Source: an uncultured Candidatus Rokubacteria bacterium (GTDB taxonomy: Bacteria > Methylomirabilota > Methylomirabilia > Rokubacteriales > CSP1-6). Taken from it: DNA of 64,000 bases. Shown here in pieces: positions 1-31,872 of the stretch (position 1 is the stretch's first letter; every line of letters starts with the position of its first letter). Under the pieces are notes generated by a model. That model saw only the letters and a list, made by a program, of their open reading frames with translations. It was not told the origin of the DNA and made no database searches. The stretch is from assembly GCA_963734175.1 (NCBI GenBank), contig CAVTGC010000004.1, positions 7,875-71,874 of the forward strand, read 5' to 3'. The position numbers and the translations under genes were made by a program.

Positions 1-414
1 CCAGCCGGTCGGGCGCCAGCCCCGCCCGCTCGAGCGCCTCCCAGCTCACCTCCAGCACGAGGCGCTGCTGCGGGTCCATGCTGGCCGCCTCGCGCGGGGA
101 GATCCCGAAGAGCTGCGCGTCGAAGCGGTCGACGCCCTCGAGAAACCCACCGTGGAAGGCCGGCAGCCGACGCCGATCCTCGGGGCTCCACCGGTCGGCC
201 GGCACCTCGGTGACCGCGTCCACCCCGTCGTGCAGCAGCGTCCAGTACTCCTCGGGGCTCGTCACGCCGCCCGGGAACCGGCAGCCGACGCCGACGATGG
301 CGATCGGCTCGCGGCCTCGCCGCTCGGCGGCGTCGAGCTTGGTCTGCATCTCCTCGACGGCGCGCAGCGCCTCGCGCAGGAGCGAGCGACGGTCGGGCGT
401 CGTCGGCTCGTCGC

Positions 415-418
<4 letters not shown>
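1..418 (-). CDS. Modular type I PKS subunit F, N-terminal fragment (docking helix and start of KS); gene continues beyond left window edge
   Basis: Minus-strand translation from ATG at 418 (ATGA overlap with stop of upstream subunit at 415-417) gives [51 protein letters not shown]...[19 protein letters not shown]. This is a coiled-coil N-terminal docking segment followed by KS N-terminal motifs. The frame stays open to position 1. Confidence 0.8.
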
Positions 419-7094
<6,676 letters not shown>

Positions 7095-7098
<4 letters not shown>

Positions 7099-10000
7099 GC
7101 GCGCGGCTCCCGCAGGCGCGCGGCGAAGAGCCGGTCGACCTCGTCGTCGGAGAGCTGCTCGATCTGACCGATGGCGTCGACCGGCGCCGGCTCGGGAGTT
7201 GCCGCCTCGAGCGCGGGTGTCAGGGCGAGCACGTCCCGGACGAGGAACTCGGCGATGGCCTCCACCGTCGGATGGTCGAACACGAGCGTCGCCGTCAGCG
7301 GCGTCCCCAGCTCCAGGTCCACCTTGAGCTGGTTGCGCAGCTCTACCGCCATCAGCGAGTCGAGGCCCAGCTCGTTGAGCGGGCGGCGCAGGTCGAGGGC
7401 GCCGTCGCCGAGCCCCAGCACGCGGGTGACGCGGGCCGCGACGTGGGCGACCAGCAGCGGCGCGCGCCGGGCGGCGGGCGCCTCGGCCAGCCGCTGGCGC
7501 AGCCCCGGCCCGGCCGGCGCGGCGGGGGCTTCCGCCACTCCGAGCACGTCGGTCAGCAGCGAGTGGCCGGCCGCGCCCGCCCGGCGTCCGCGCAGGCGCT
7601 CCCAGTCGATGACCGCCGCCGCGACCTGGGCCTGCCCGGACTCGAGCGCGCACTCCAGCGCGGCGATGCCCTCGGCCGGCGTCATCACGCCCACGCCCTG
7701 CAGCCGGATGCGTCGCTCGCGGTCGTCGCGCGCGACGGCACCCACCTCGGCCCACGCCCCCCAGTTCACGCTCAGCCCGGGCAGGCCGGCGGCCCGGCGC
7801 TGGTGGGCCAGGGCGTCGAGGTAGGCGTTGGCGGCGGCGTGATTGCCCTGCCCCGGCGCGCCGAGCAGCGAGGCGATCGACGAGAACAGGACGAAGTAGT
7901 CCAGCGGGTCACCCTGCGTCAGCGTGTGCAGGGCGGCGGCCCCGGCCACCTTCGCCCCCATCACGCGCGCGAACCGCGGCCAGTCCTGCTGCGGGAGGAG
8001 ACCGTCCGCGAGGGAGCCGGCGGCGTGGAAGACGCCGCGCAGCGGCGGCATCGTGGCGCGCACGTCGTCGAGCACCCGCGCGACCTCGCCCGTCACGGAG
8101 ACGTCGGCCTGCAACACTCTCACCTCCGTACCGTCGGCGCGGAGCGACTCGACCGCGGCGAGCGTGGCCGCGTCGGGGGCGCGGCGCCCGACCAGGGCGA
8201 GCGCGCGGGCCCCCCGGTGCGTCAGCCACCGCGCCACCTCGATCCCGAGGCCGCCGAGGCCGCCGGTGATGAGATAGCTCGCGTCCGGACGGATGGCGGG
8301 CAGCGCACGGCCGCCTGATCGCGCGGGCACCGTCACCACGACCTTGCCGATGTGGCGGGCCTGGGCCATGTGGCGAAACGCATCGGCGACGCGGTCGAGC
8401 GAGAAGGTCCGGCGCGGCAGTGGCGTCAGCGCACGATCCCGGCAGGCGCCGACGACATCGAGGAGGACCGTGCGGATGGCATCCGGCGAGACGGCGGCCA
8501 CCTCGCCCCAGTCGATGACGTGGTACGAGGCGCCCGGCCGCCGCTGCGCGACCTCGGCGGCCGTCCACACGCCGCGCTTGCCGATCTCGAGGAAGCGGCC
8601 GCGCGGGGCCAGGGCGCGGAGGCTCTCGGCGATCGCCTCGCCCGACAGCGAGTTGAGCACCACGTCCACGCCCCGCCCGTCCGTGGCGGCGAGGATCTCG
8701 TCGGCGAACGCGGCCGTGCGCGAGTCGAGCACGAGCCGCGCCCCGAGGGCAGCGACGTGCTCGCGCTTGGCCGGCGTGCCGGCGGTGGCGAAGACCTCGG
8801 CGCCCACGGCGCGGGCCACCTGCACGGCGGCCAGCCCGACCCCGCCGGCGGCGGCGTGGATCAGCACGCGCTCGCCCGCGCGCAGGTTCGCGACCGAGCG
8901 CAGGCAGTACCACGCCGTCACGAATGCCACCGGCACCGAGGCGGCTTCCTCGAACGTCCAGTCGGCTGGCTTGGGCACCACCAGCGCCGCCGGCGCCGTG
9001 ACGTGCGTCGCGAAGCTCCCCGCCGCCACCGCCATGACGGGGGCGCCGGGCGCCAGCCCCTCCACGCCGAGACCGACGGCGGTGACGACACCCGCGCACT
9101 CGCTGCCGAGCGGGCCCGGGTCTCCCGGGTAGAGCCCGAGGCCGCTCAGCACGTCCTTGAAGTTCAGGCCGATCGCCCTGACCTCGATCTCGACCTCACC
9201 GGGCCCGGGAGGACGGCGAGCCTGCGGCCGGAGCTCGAGGCTATCGAGCACGCCCGGCGTCGCGGTGACGACGCGGAGCGCGTCCTCGCGGGCCGCGTCG
9301 CGCCGCTCGGCGGCGAACCGGGTGAGACGCGCCACGTGGCGGATCCCGTGGCGGTACGCGACCTCGCTCTCGGTGTCGCCGGCGAGCAGCTCGGCCGCCA
9401 CGAGATCCGCGGCCGCCGGCCCGTCGGTCGGGTCCAGGTCGAGGCAGCGAGTGCGCAGCTCCGGGTGCTCGAGCGCGATCGTCCGCGCCAGCCCCAGCAC
9501 GGGCGCCTGCGCCACCGCCACCGGGCCCTGGTCCACGGCCTGCGCGCCTCGCGTCAGGATCGTGAGCGCCGGGGCGGCGACGCGGCCGCCAGCGGTCAGG
9601 GCCTGCGTGAGGAACAGCAGACTGCCGCAGCTCTCGCGCTGGGCGGTGTCGACCTCGGCGCCGCGCCCGTCGGCCGGCGCATCGAGCGCCGCGCAGTGCA
9701 CGACGCCGCGCCAGCGTCCGCCATCACCCGCGCCCTCGGCGACGACCCGTGCGAAGTCCTCGCGCGCCCCGGGGCCCACCGACCACCGACGGGCCGCGAG
9801 CGGGCCGCCGGCCCCGCCGGCGGAGGCGAGCACGACCGGCTCCCCCCGGCGCTCGAGCGCCGCGGCCAGCGCCTCGCCGAGGCCGGTGCGGTCGGCGAGC
9901 ACGAGCCACGGCGCCGCCGCGGACTCGCGCGGCGCCGAGGCCACGATCACCGTGTTGGCCGCGAACGTCCCGCCGATCGCGGGCGTCGCCGGGACCGTGC

Positions 10001-13000
10001 CCGCCTCGGGGACACCGAGACCGGCCAGCACCGAGCGCCACTGCGACGACGACAGCAGCGGCGAATCCGTGCGGAGGTCGTGATCGGTGAAGTGCCACCA
10101 GCCGTCGGTCAGCCCGAAGGTGACGTCGATCCAGCGCTGGGCCGCGGTGACCTCGAGCAGCACCAGCAAGCCACCCGGCGCGAGCAGCCCCAGGCAGTGG
10201 GCGAGCGTCCGCCGGAGGTCGCGGGTCGCATGCACCACGTTGGCGGCGAGGATCAGATCGAAGCTCCGCGCCTGCAGCCCCTGCTCGAGCGGATCACGCT
10301 CCAGGTCGAGCGGCTGCGTCCGCACGAACGGCCGGTCGCGGAACCGCTCGGCGGCGCGCGAGGTGAACGCCGGCGAGACGTCGGTGAACAGGTAGTCGGT
10401 GGCATCAGCGGGAAGCACCGGCAGCACGGCCGCCGTGGTGCCGCCGGTGCCGCCGCCGACCTCGAGCACGCGCAGGCGCCGCGACGGGGCGAGCCCGGCA
10501 CATGCCGCCGCCACCGTGGCTGCCACCAGCTGCCCGCACGCGCGGGCCGGCGGCGAGTCCGTGTAGAGCGCCTCCGCCACCGCGGTCGAGCCGCCGGGGA
10601 ACAGCAGGTCGAGCGGATCGGCGCCGCCCGTCAGCACCTCGGCGAGCGCGCCGCCGCACCGCTCGGTGAGCGTCAGCTCGGCGCTCGCCTCCGGGTGGCG
10701 CCGGCGCAACGCCTCGAGCCTCGGCCCCGGGGCCGGGGACGGCAGGCGGCCGACCACCGTCCACTCCTGCCCCGTGCGACGCACGATGCCGATCTCTCCG
10801 AGGATCTCGAGGAAGCGGCCGAGCAGCTTGCGATAGCGCGCCAGGACGCCGAGGCGCACGGCGAGCGCGTCCGCGCTCACCCGCTCGCCCGCCGCCGGCG
10901 ACCATCCGAGGCGCGCCAGCGCGGCGACGACATAGTCGGCGGCGATCGCCTCCAGCTCCGGGGTCATCGCGTCGTAGGCGGCAAGACCGGCGTGGGCCTG
11001 GACGCGCGCCAGCTCCGGAGTGACCGCCGTCGCCACCGCGGCGGCATCGGGAAGAGCCCCGGGCTCGCCGGCGCCGGCGGCGAGCGGACGCGGCTCCCAC
11101 TTCACGGCGTAGAGCAGGTCTCGCACGCGGCCGGCGCTCAGCCGTTGCAGCGCGTCGCGGCCGATCGGGACGAGTCGCACGCCGTCGAGCGCCACCAGCA
11201 GCACGCCATCGTCGTCGACGATGCTGACGTCGGCGACCACCGCCCCGCCCGCCGCGCCCTCGCCGCGCACCCGCGCGTGGCTCCAGCACCGCCGGCCCGG
11301 CCGCGCCCACTGCTCGACCCGGTCGATGGCGACGGGCACGTAGCTCGCGGGGCGCCCCGCGAGCGCCGCGCCGATCGGCTGCAGGCAGGCGTCGAGCAGC
11401 GCCGGATGAATCCCGTAGGTCTCGATGTCGAGCTCGTCGGGCATCCGGATCTCGGCGAGCGCCTCGCCGCCCGCTCTCCACACGCGGGCCACGCTCCGGA
11501 GCACGCCGCCGTGCTCGATCCCCCGCCCCCGCATCTCGTCGTAGAGCGCGGCCGGCTCCATCGGCTCGACGCAGCGGGCGCGGATCGTGTCCAGCGGGAG
11601 CGCCGGGGCCGCGCTGGCCGCGGCGAGGCTACGCACGCCGGCGGTGGCGTGCCGCCGCCACGCATCCGGGCGATCGTCGTCCGCGGCGAGGGCCCAGATC
11701 TCGCACGGCAGCACTCCGTCGGCGACGGGGCCGGCGACGATCTGTACCGTCCGGCTCGTGTCCTCGGGCAGGACCAGCGCCTCGTCGAGGGTGACGTGGT
11801 CCGCGCTCCAGGCCTGGCCGCCCAGCACGCGCGCGCCGACGGCCAGGAACATCTCGACGAAGCCGGCCGCGGGCAGCACCGCGACGCCGCCGACGCGGTG
11901 GTCGGCCAGGTACGCGGCCGATCCGGGGCCGAGCTCCGCCTCGAACTGGATCGGGCGGAGCGCGGAGCGAAGCCGGCGCCCGAGCAGCGGGTGCCCGGTG
12001 GCGCCACCCGCGGCGGCCGCACTCGCCACGGCCGGGCTCGACGGCGCCAGCCAGTACCGCGCCCGCTCGAACGGCGAGGTCGGCAGCGAGATCTTTCGCC
12101 GCACGAGGTGACGGTCGACGCCCGTCCAGTCCACGGCGACGCCGCGGATCCAGAGCGCGGCGAGGGCGTCGAGCATCTGGGTCCGATCGGGGCGTCCGCG
12201 CCGCAGCGAGGCGAGCCAGGCGCCGTCGTCCCCGGCCATGGCGTTGCGCGCCATCCCGACCAGCGTCGTCCCCGGACCGATCTCGACGAAGGTGCGATAG
12301 CCCTGGCTCCACAGCGCGCGGATCCCCTCGCCGAAGCGAACGGGCTCCCGCAGGTGGCGGCGCCAGTAGGCGGCGTCGATCTCGTCGGCGCCCGCCACCA
12401 GTCGGCCCGTCACGTTCGACACCCACCCGACCTGCGGCCGTACGGGTCGCAGCGTCGCCGCCACCGACTGGAAGCGATCGAGGATCGGGTCCATGAGCGG
12501 GGAGTGGAACGCGTGGGAGACGGCGAGCGGCTGGGCCTTGACCTGCATCGCGTGCAGCGCGGCCAGGATCGTCTGCACCGCCTCGCCGGCGCCCGAGATC
12601 ACGACGTGCTCGGGACCGTTGACGGCGGCGACGGCCACGCGGTCGCGGTGCGCGGCGACCAGCGAGGCGACGCGCGCCTCGGGGGCGAACACCGCGGCCA
12701 TCTCGCCGCCGCCCGGCAGCGTCTGCATGAGCCGGCCGCGCGCGACGACCAGCCGCAGGGCGTCCTCCAGCGTGAGCGCGCCGGCCGCGCAGGCCGCCAC
12801 GTACTCGCCCACGCTGTGACCGAGCACGGCGGCCGGCGTCACCCCCCACGAGCGCCACAGCTCCAGCAGCGCCCACTCCAGCGCGAAGAGCGCGGGCTGC
12901 GTGTAGGCGGTCTGCCCCAGCCACTCGGCCGCCTCGGCCTCGCCGAAGAGCACGGGCAGCAGCGGACGATCGAGCTCCGCGGAGGCGAGCTCCGCGCACC

Positions 13001-14763
13001 GGTCGAGCGCCTGCCGGAACACCGGCTGGCTGTCGTAGAGATCGCGGCCCATGCCGGGGTACTGCGCCCCCTGCCCGGCGAAGAGGAACGCGATGCGCGG
13101 CGCGTCGGGCCCGGCCGGACATCCGCGACTGACCCCGGAGCCCACCTCGCCCGCGGCCAGCGCGGCGAGCGCAGCGCGCGCCTCGTCGAGCGAGGTCGCC
13201 CGGATCGCCGCCCGGTGGGGCAGGCTCGCGCGCCCGGTGTTCGCGCTGAACGCCACGTCGCCGAGCGCCAGCGTCGGCTCGCTCTCGAGCCGCTGCGCCC
13301 AGCGCCCCGCCAGCTCGCGAAGCGTCGTCTCGCCGCGGGCCGAGAGCGTGAGCAGGTGGGGGCCGCCCGCGGACGCGGCCGGCGCCGGGGCCGGCGCCTC
13401 CTCCACGACGACGTGGGCGTTGGTCCCGCTGAAGCCGAACGAGCTCACGCCGGCCACGCGACGGCGCGGGCCCGCCGGCCACGGCGTCAGCTTGGTCACC
13501 ACCTGGACGGCGAACTCGTCCCACGGGATGTGCGGGCTCGGCTGCTCGAAGTGCAGCTGGGGCGGCAGCGCCTCGTGCTGAAGCGCGAGCACGACCTTGA
13601 TCAGCCCGGCCATGCCCGCGGCCGCCTCGGCGTGGCCGATGTTCGTCTTCACCGAGCCGATCAGCAGCGGGCGCGCCGCCGACCGGCCGCGCGCGAGAAC
13701 GCTGCCGAGGGCTCGGACCTCGATCGGATCGCCGAGCGCCGTCCCGGTGCCGTGCGCCTCGACGTAGTCGACGTCGGCCGGCGCGAGCCCGGCCCGGCCG
13801 AGCGCCTCGCGGATCACCGCCTCCTGGGCGGGGCCGTTGGGCGCGGTGAGCCCGCTGCTGGCGCCGTCCTGGTTGATGGCGGTGCCGCGCAGGAGCGCCA
13901 GCACCCGATCGCCGTCCGCCACGGCGTGCGACAGGCGCTTGAGCACCACGACGCCGCACCCCTCGCCGTCCACGAAGCCGTCGGCGCCGGCGTCGAACGC
14001 CCGGCAGCGTCCGCCCGCCGAGACCATCCGCGACTTCGCGAAGGCGACGCCGTTCTCCGGCGAGAGGATCAGGTTCACGCCGGCGGCCAGCGCCATCCGG
14101 CACTCGTCGGCCCGCAGGCTCTGGCAGGCCAGGTGGAGCGCCACCAGCGACGAGGAGCAGGCGGTGTCCACCGACACGCTCGGGCCCTGCAGCCCCAGCA
14201 CGTACGAGATCCGGCCGGAGGCGACGCTGTGGGCGATGCCGGAGGCGTAGTACGGGCCCACCCGGCCGAGGTCGCCGGTCTTGAGCTGCAGCGCCGCGTA
14301 GTCGCTCGACGCGAGGCCCACGAAGACGCCGGTGCGGCTGCCGGCCAGCCGGTCGGGCGCCTGGCCGGCATCCTCCAGCGCCTCCCACGTCACCTCCAGC
14401 AAGCAGCCGCTGCTGCGGATCCATGCCGGCCGCCTCGCGGGGCGAGACGCCGAAGAACTGGGGATCGAACCGGTCCACCGCGTCCAGGAACCCACCCCGG
14501 CGCGCGTAGCTGCGGCCGGGCGCGTCGGGATCGGCGTCGTAGATCCGCTCGACGTCCCACCGGTCGGCCGGAACCTCGCGCACGGCGTCGACGCCGTCGC
14601 GAAGCACGCGCCAGTATCCGGCCGGGCTGTCGGCACCGCCCGGGAAGCGACAGCCGAGGCCGATCACGGCGATGGGCTCGGTGAGCGCGGCCGTCTGCGC
14701 GTCGAGCCGGGCCTGCATCTCGTCGAGCGCGAGCAGCGCCTGCTTGAGGGGCGAGAGCGGCAC
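7095..14763 (-). CDS. Modular type I PKS subunit D: KS-AT-DH-cMT-ER-KR-ACP (fully reducing, C-methylating module); one frameshift in KS at ~14400-14420 in this assembly
   Basis: The ATG at 14763 gives [43 protein letters not shown]...DPQQRLL in ORF 11629..14763. It continues in ORF 7095..14636 ([12 protein letters not shown]...DTACSSSL). [16 protein letters not shown] plus [21 protein letters not shown] plus [10 protein letters not shown]. c[26 protein letters not shown]...[43 protein letters not shown]-terminal [22 protein letters not shown]. Confidence 0.85.
8339..9269 (-). other. Enoylreductase domain of PKS subunit D (approximate)
   Basis: [26 protein letters not shown] ... [30 protein letters not shown] (MDR-type NADPH site). 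Confidence 0.55.
10004..11099 (-). other. cMT domain of PKS subunit D (approximate boundaries)
   Basis: [21 protein letters not shown] at ~10440-10470, followed by [13 protein letters not shown] and [13 protein letters not shown]. It is located between DH and the KR structural subdomain/ER. Confidence 0.6.
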
Positions 14764-14781
14764 CGGGCGCTCGGGCAGCGG

Positions 14782-17700
14782 TCATCGGAGCGACTCCAGC
14801 CGCTTGAGGAGCATGGCCTCGACGTCCTCGTCGGCGAGGCCGGCCACCTCCTCGACCGTGAGCCGCGGCGCCGAGGTGACCGCCGGCGCGCTCGCCGGAT
14901 CGTCCGGGGTCGCGACGGGCTCGAGCTCGCCCGCGAGGAGACGAGCGATGGCCTCGATCGAGGGGTGGTCGAAGACCAGCGTGGCCGGAAGCGCTCGCGC
15001 CAGGCCGAGCCCGACCCCGAGGCGCTGGCGCAGCTCGAGGGCCATCAGCGAGTCGACGCCCAGATCCATCAGGCGCTGCCGGCGGTCCAGCTCCTCGGGG
15101 GCGTCGAGGCGGAGCACCCGGGCCACGGCCTTGCGCACGTAGCCGATCAGCGCCTCGTGCCGCTCGCTGCCGGCGAGCGCGGTCAGCTGATGACGGAGCT
15201 CGACGGCCGCGGTGGGCGCGGCGGACTCGTGGTCGAGCCCGGCGTCCGCCGCGGCCGCGGCCTCCGCCGTGGGCGCCACCGAGGCGCGCGGCGCGGTGCC
15301 CGGGACCATCGCGACGATCACGTGGTGGGCGAGGACCTCGGCGGGCGAGCCGACCGACGGAAACGCCTCGACCTCGGTGAAGCCGTGCGCGCGGAGCGCC
15401 TCGCTCCAGCGGGCCGGCGCCAGCAGCGGGTGATCGACGCGCCAGCGATCGTCGAAGCGCTGCCAGCCCTCGATGAGGCCGGTCGTCACGTCGAACCACG
15501 ACAGGTGGTCGGTCCCCTCGAAGGCGACGAGGAGCCCGCCCGGGGCGAGCAGGCCGCGGACGTGGTCGAGCGTCCGGTCGAGGTCCTGGGTGGCGTGCAG
15601 GACGTTGGCGGCCACGACCACGTGATAGCTGCCGGGCGCCCATCCCTGCTCGGCCGGCGCCCGCTCGAGATCGAGCAGCCCCGTCTTCACGAACGGATAG
15701 GCCGCGAACTTCCGCGCCGCGTGGCCGAAGAAGAACGTGGACACATCGGTGTAGTGATAGACGGTGCGGGACGCGGGGAGCACGGGCAACACCGCCGAGG
15801 TGGTGCCGCCGGTCCCCGCCCCGACCTCGATGACCCGCAGCGCCAGGTCGGCCGGCTGCGCGCGGACCCACGCCTCGACGGCGGCGCCGACGATCCCGTT
15901 CATGTAACGGGCGAGCGGCCACGCCTGGTACAGGTACTCGGCGGTCTCGACGCTGCCTCCGGGGAACAGCGTCTCCAGCGGACTCTCCGACCCGGACAGG
16001 ATCGCGGCCAGCCGCGTGCCGCAGCGCTCGACGTACGCCATGAGGGGCGGAGTGTCGGCGAGCGCCGCGCGCGCAGCCTCGCGCGACCCCTCGACCGCGC
16101 TCGCCGACAGCGGGGCGGGGCTCACGAGCTCGTCGCCCTCCTCGACCAGGAGACCGGCGGCGACCAGGCGCGCGAGCCAGCGGGACAGCAGGTGCCGCCG
16201 CGCGGCCGGCAGGCTCCAGCGCTCGGCCAGCGCGGCCGCCGTGTGGCGCTCGCCGGCGCGCGTGAAGCAACCCAGCTCCACGAGGGCGGCGGCCACGTAG
16301 GCCAGCGACAGCCGGGCGAGCGACGACCACTTCGCCGGGTAGGAGGCCACGGCGAGATCGAGCGGGCCCTGCTCCGTCTGGCGGCGCCCCGCGGCCACGA
16401 TGCCGGCCCACGCCGCCTCCGGCGTCGCGCTGGCGGGGCGCGGGCGCTCGGCCTCGACCCAGTACCGCGCCCGCTGGAACGGATAGGTCGGCAGCGCGAC
16501 CCGCCGGCGCGACCGGCCCCGCTCGATCGCGGCCCAGTCGACGTCGACGCCTCTCACGTAGAGGGCGGCCAGCGTCTGCAGCACGCAGGCCCGATCGTCC
16601 TCGCCGCGCTTGAGCGTGGGCAGCCAGGTCGCCTCGCCGGGGATGCACGACGGGCCGAACGGCACCAGGGCCGGATGGGGCCCGACCTCCAGGAAGACCT
16701 CGATGCCCTCGGCGTGCAGGGCCCCCAGCCCCTCGGCGAAGCGGACCGGCAGCCGCGCGTGGCGCGCCCAGTACGCGGACGTCACCTCGCCGGCTCCAAC
16801 GACGCGACCGCTCACGTTGGAGACCAGGGCGATGCTCGGCTCGCGGTGCTCGATGCCGGCCGCCTCGGCGCCGAGGGCGGCGAGCGCGGGCTCGACCATC
16901 GGCGAGTGGAACGCGTGCGTCATCGACAGCGGCCGGACGCGGACGCCGTCGCGCTCGAGCGCCGCGCACACCGCGCGGACCGCTTCCACCGTGCCCGACA
17001 GCACGACCTGACCCGGCGCATTCACCGCGGCGATCGACACGTCCGCGCCGTGGGGCGCCAGGCGCGGCGTCACCTCCGCCTCGGACATCCACACCGCGGC
17101 CATCGCCCCCTCCGGCAAGGCGTCCATGACCCGCCCGCGGAGGGCGACGAGGCGCGCGGCGTCGGCCAGCGGGAAGACGCCGGCCACGCAGGCCGCCGCG
17201 TACTCGCCCAGGCTGTGGCCGATCACGGCCGCGGGCTCGACGCCGTAGGCGCGCCACATGGCGGCCAGCGCATACTCGACGGCGAACATCGCGGGCTGGG
17301 CCTCGCGGGCCTCGGCGAGCGTCGCCGGCGCCGCCGGCGTCCGCGGCGAGGAGCGTCCGCAGCGGACGGTCGAGGTGCGGATCGAGCGCGGCCGCGCACT
17401 CGTCGAGCGCGCGTCGGAACACGGGCTCGCTCTCGTAGAGGCGCGCGCCCATGCCGGCGTACTGGGGGCCCTGCCCGGTGAACAGGAAGGCGACGCGCGC
17501 CGGCCCGATCGTACGCGCCGCTCCGGTCAGCACCCCGTCGGCCTCCGCCCCCGCGGCGAGCGCGCCGAGCCGCGCCTGCATCTCTGCCGTGCTGCCGGCG
17601 ATGACGGCGGCGCGGTGGCCGAAGTGGCTGCGGCCGGTGGCGGCGGTGAAGCACACGTCGGCGAGATCCTGCCCGGGTGTCTCGGCCAGGTGGCGGGCGT

Positions 17701-19169
17701 AGCGGGCGGCCAGCTCGCGGAGGGCCGCCGGGCTCTTGGCCGAGAGCGGCAGCACGTAGGCCGGCCGCTCGTCGGTGGCCGCCGGTGAGTCCGCGGGCGC
17801 GGCCTCCACGATCACGTGCGCGTTGGTGCCGCTGAACCCGAACGCGCTCACGCCGGCGACCCGCGGCACCGCGGTGTCCACCCACGGCCGCCGCCGCGTC
17901 ACGACCTCGAGCGGCAGCTCGTCCCAGGCGATGTGCGGGCTCGGCGTGTCGTGATGCAGGTGGGCCGGCAGCTCGCCGTGCTGCAGGGCCAGCACGACCT
18001 TGATCAGCCCCGCGATCCCGGCGGCCGCCTCCAGATGGCCGATGTTCGTCTTGACCGAGCCGATCGCCACGCGAGCGCCGGCCGGGCGCGCGCCGAGGGC
18101 CGCACCGAGCGCGCGCGTCTCGATCGGATCGCCGAGCGCCGTCCCCGTCCCGTGCGCCTCGACGTAGGACACGCGCGCGGCGTCGATCCGGGCCGCGGCC
18201 AGCGCCTGGCGGATGAGGGCCGTCTGGGCGGGGCCGTTGGGGACGGTGAGCCCGCTCGTCCGCCCGTCCTGGTTCACGGCCGAGCCGCGGATGACGGCGA
18301 GGATCCGGTCGCCGTCCGCCACGGCGTCACTCAGCCGCTTGAGCACCACCACCCCGACGCCCTCACCCCGCACGTAACCGTCGGCGGCGGCGGCGAACGT
18401 CCGGCAGCGGCCGCCCGGCGAGAGCAGCCGCGCCCGGCAGAAGTTCACGGTGAGGTCGGGCCAGAGGACGAGGTTGGCACCGGCGGCGAGGGCCAGGCGA
18501 CACTCGGCGGCGCGCAGGCTCTGACAGGCGAGGTGGACCGCCACCAGCGACGAGGAGCACGCGGTGTCGACGGCCACGCTCGGGCCCTGCAGGCCGAGGA
18601 CGTAGGACAGGCGGCCGGCCGCCACGCTGTGCGAGGTCCCGGTGGCGAAGTAGGGATCGACGTCGTCGATCGCCCCCGCGCGGGCCTGCAGGTGCGCATA
18701 GTCGTTGGTGCCGATCCCGACGAACACGCCGGTGTCGGTGCCGGCCAGCCGATCCGGAGCCTGGCCGGCGTGCTCGAGCGCCTCCCAGGCCACCTCGAGC
18801 AACAGCCGCTGCTGGGGGTCCAGGCTGCGCGCCTCGCGCGGCGAGATGCCGAAGAACCCCGGGTCGAATCGATCGACGTCGGCGACGAACGCCCCGTGAC
18901 GCGTGTACATGCGGCCGGCGGCGTCCGGGTTCGCGTCGTAGTAGGCCTCGATGTCCCAGCGCTCGGCCGGGATCTCGGTCACGGCATCGACGCCGTCGTG
19001 GAGCAGACGCCAGTAGGCCTCCGGATCGCGGGCGCCGCCCGGAAAGCGGCAGCCCAGCCCGACGACGGCCACCGACTCGGTGGTCAGCCGCTCGGCCGCC
19101 TCCAGACGCCCGCGCAGACGGCGGATCTCGAGGAGCGCCTGCTTGACCGGCGAGAGCGGCTCGTTCTCG

Positions 19170-19177
<8 letters not shown>
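14782..19177 (-). CDS. Modular type I PKS subunit C: KS-AT-MT-ACP (no KR/DH/ER); one frameshift inside AT at ~17300-17340 in this assembly
   Basis: N-term [31 protein letters not shown]...[46 protein letters not shown] begins [16 protein letters not shown] in ORF 14390..19177 and continues as [11 protein letters not shown]...[14 protein letters not shown]...THAFHS in ORF 14782..17289. Then MT ([14 protein letters not shown]), ACP ([13 protein letters not shown]) and docking tail [15 protein letters not shown]. Stop at 14782-14784 lies 19 nt before the subunit D start. Confidence 0.85.
15340..16390 (-). other. Methyltransferase domain of PKS subunit C located between AT and ACP (C-MT or O-MT; approximate boundaries)
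   Basis: SAM motif [24 protein letters not shown] at ~15800-15830, followed by [13 protein letters not shown] and [13 protein letters not shown]. There is no KR between the MT and the ACP. Confidence 0.6.
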
Positions 19178-30970
<11,793 letters not shown>

Positions 30971-30974
<4 letters not shown>

Positions 30975-31747
30975 CGACGGACACTGCCTCCGACCATCGT
31001 CTCGGGGACCGCGGCCAGCTCACGGGCCAGGGCGGCGAGGAGCTCCTCGCGCGCGCTCCGGATGAAGAAGTGCGTGCCGGCGAAACGCGTGAGCGTGAAC
31101 GCCCCCCGCGTCTGGGCTCGCCAGGCGGCCAGCTCCGCCTCGTTCGCAACCGGATCGTCCTCGCCGCCATACACCGAGATCGGGCAGGCCAGCGGCTCCT
31201 CGGCGCGGCACCGGTAGTCCTCGACGAGGGCGAGGTCGGCGCGCAGACAGGGGAGCAGGAGCGCCATGAGGTCCGGATGGCGCAGCACCTCGGTCGGGAC
31301 CCCGTCGTAGCGCGTGCGCAGCTCGTCGAGGAACTCCGCATCCGGCAGGTGCGCGAGCGGAGCGCGCGGATTCGGGAGCTGCGGGGCGCGGTGCCCGGAC
31401 ACGAACAGGTGGGCCGGCGCCGGCGCGCCCTCGGCCCGCAGCCGTCGCGCCAGCTCGAACGCGATGAGCGCTCCCATGCTGTGGCCGAACAGCGCGAACG
31501 GCATGTCGAGATGGGGCCGGAGGACCTGGACGGTGGCGTCCATCATCTCCGCGAATCGGGTATAGGCCGGCTCGCGCAGCCGGTTCTCCCGGCCGGGCAG
31601 CTGGACGGCGCACACATCGACCATCGGCAGCTGTCGGGCCCACGGCATGTACACCGAGCCGCCGCCGCCGGCGTACGGCAGGCAGACCAGGCGGACGCGG
31701 GCCCGCCGATCGCCGCCCGCTCGAAGCAACCACGAGCTCGCGTTCAC
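30971..31747 (-). CDS. Type II (discrete, editing-type) thioesterase, alpha/beta hydrolase
   Basis: 258 aa with LFGHSMGALIAFELARRL (GxSxG nucleophile elbow) and the overall TEII pattern (PYAGGG... N-terminus). GTG start at 31747 with GGGAGG 7 nt upstream. Its stop overlaps the PKS-A start (ATGA). Confidence 0.85.
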
Positions 31748-31872
31748 TCAGCAGCCTCCCGCGCCGGGACCGCCAAGACGGCACTGCGCGACATCAGGGC
31801 TTCCGGGATCGGAAGACCGCTGGGCGAGAGATACCGCGCCCATCGGGTATGCGAAGGGGCCAGACAGCCAGA

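Noticed and set aside
8352-14684. 2110-aa plus-strand ORF (and similar long plus-strand ORFs 3589-7167, 19080-22577, 23614-25794, 27606-31217, 14332-17481, 17816-20104)
   Set aside because: These ORFs are Arg/Gly/Ala/Pro-rich low-complexity translations with no recognisable motifs. They lie exactly antisense to minus-strand regions encoding unmistakable KS/AT/DH/MT/ER/KR/ACP domains. Long open antisense frames are expected at this GC content.
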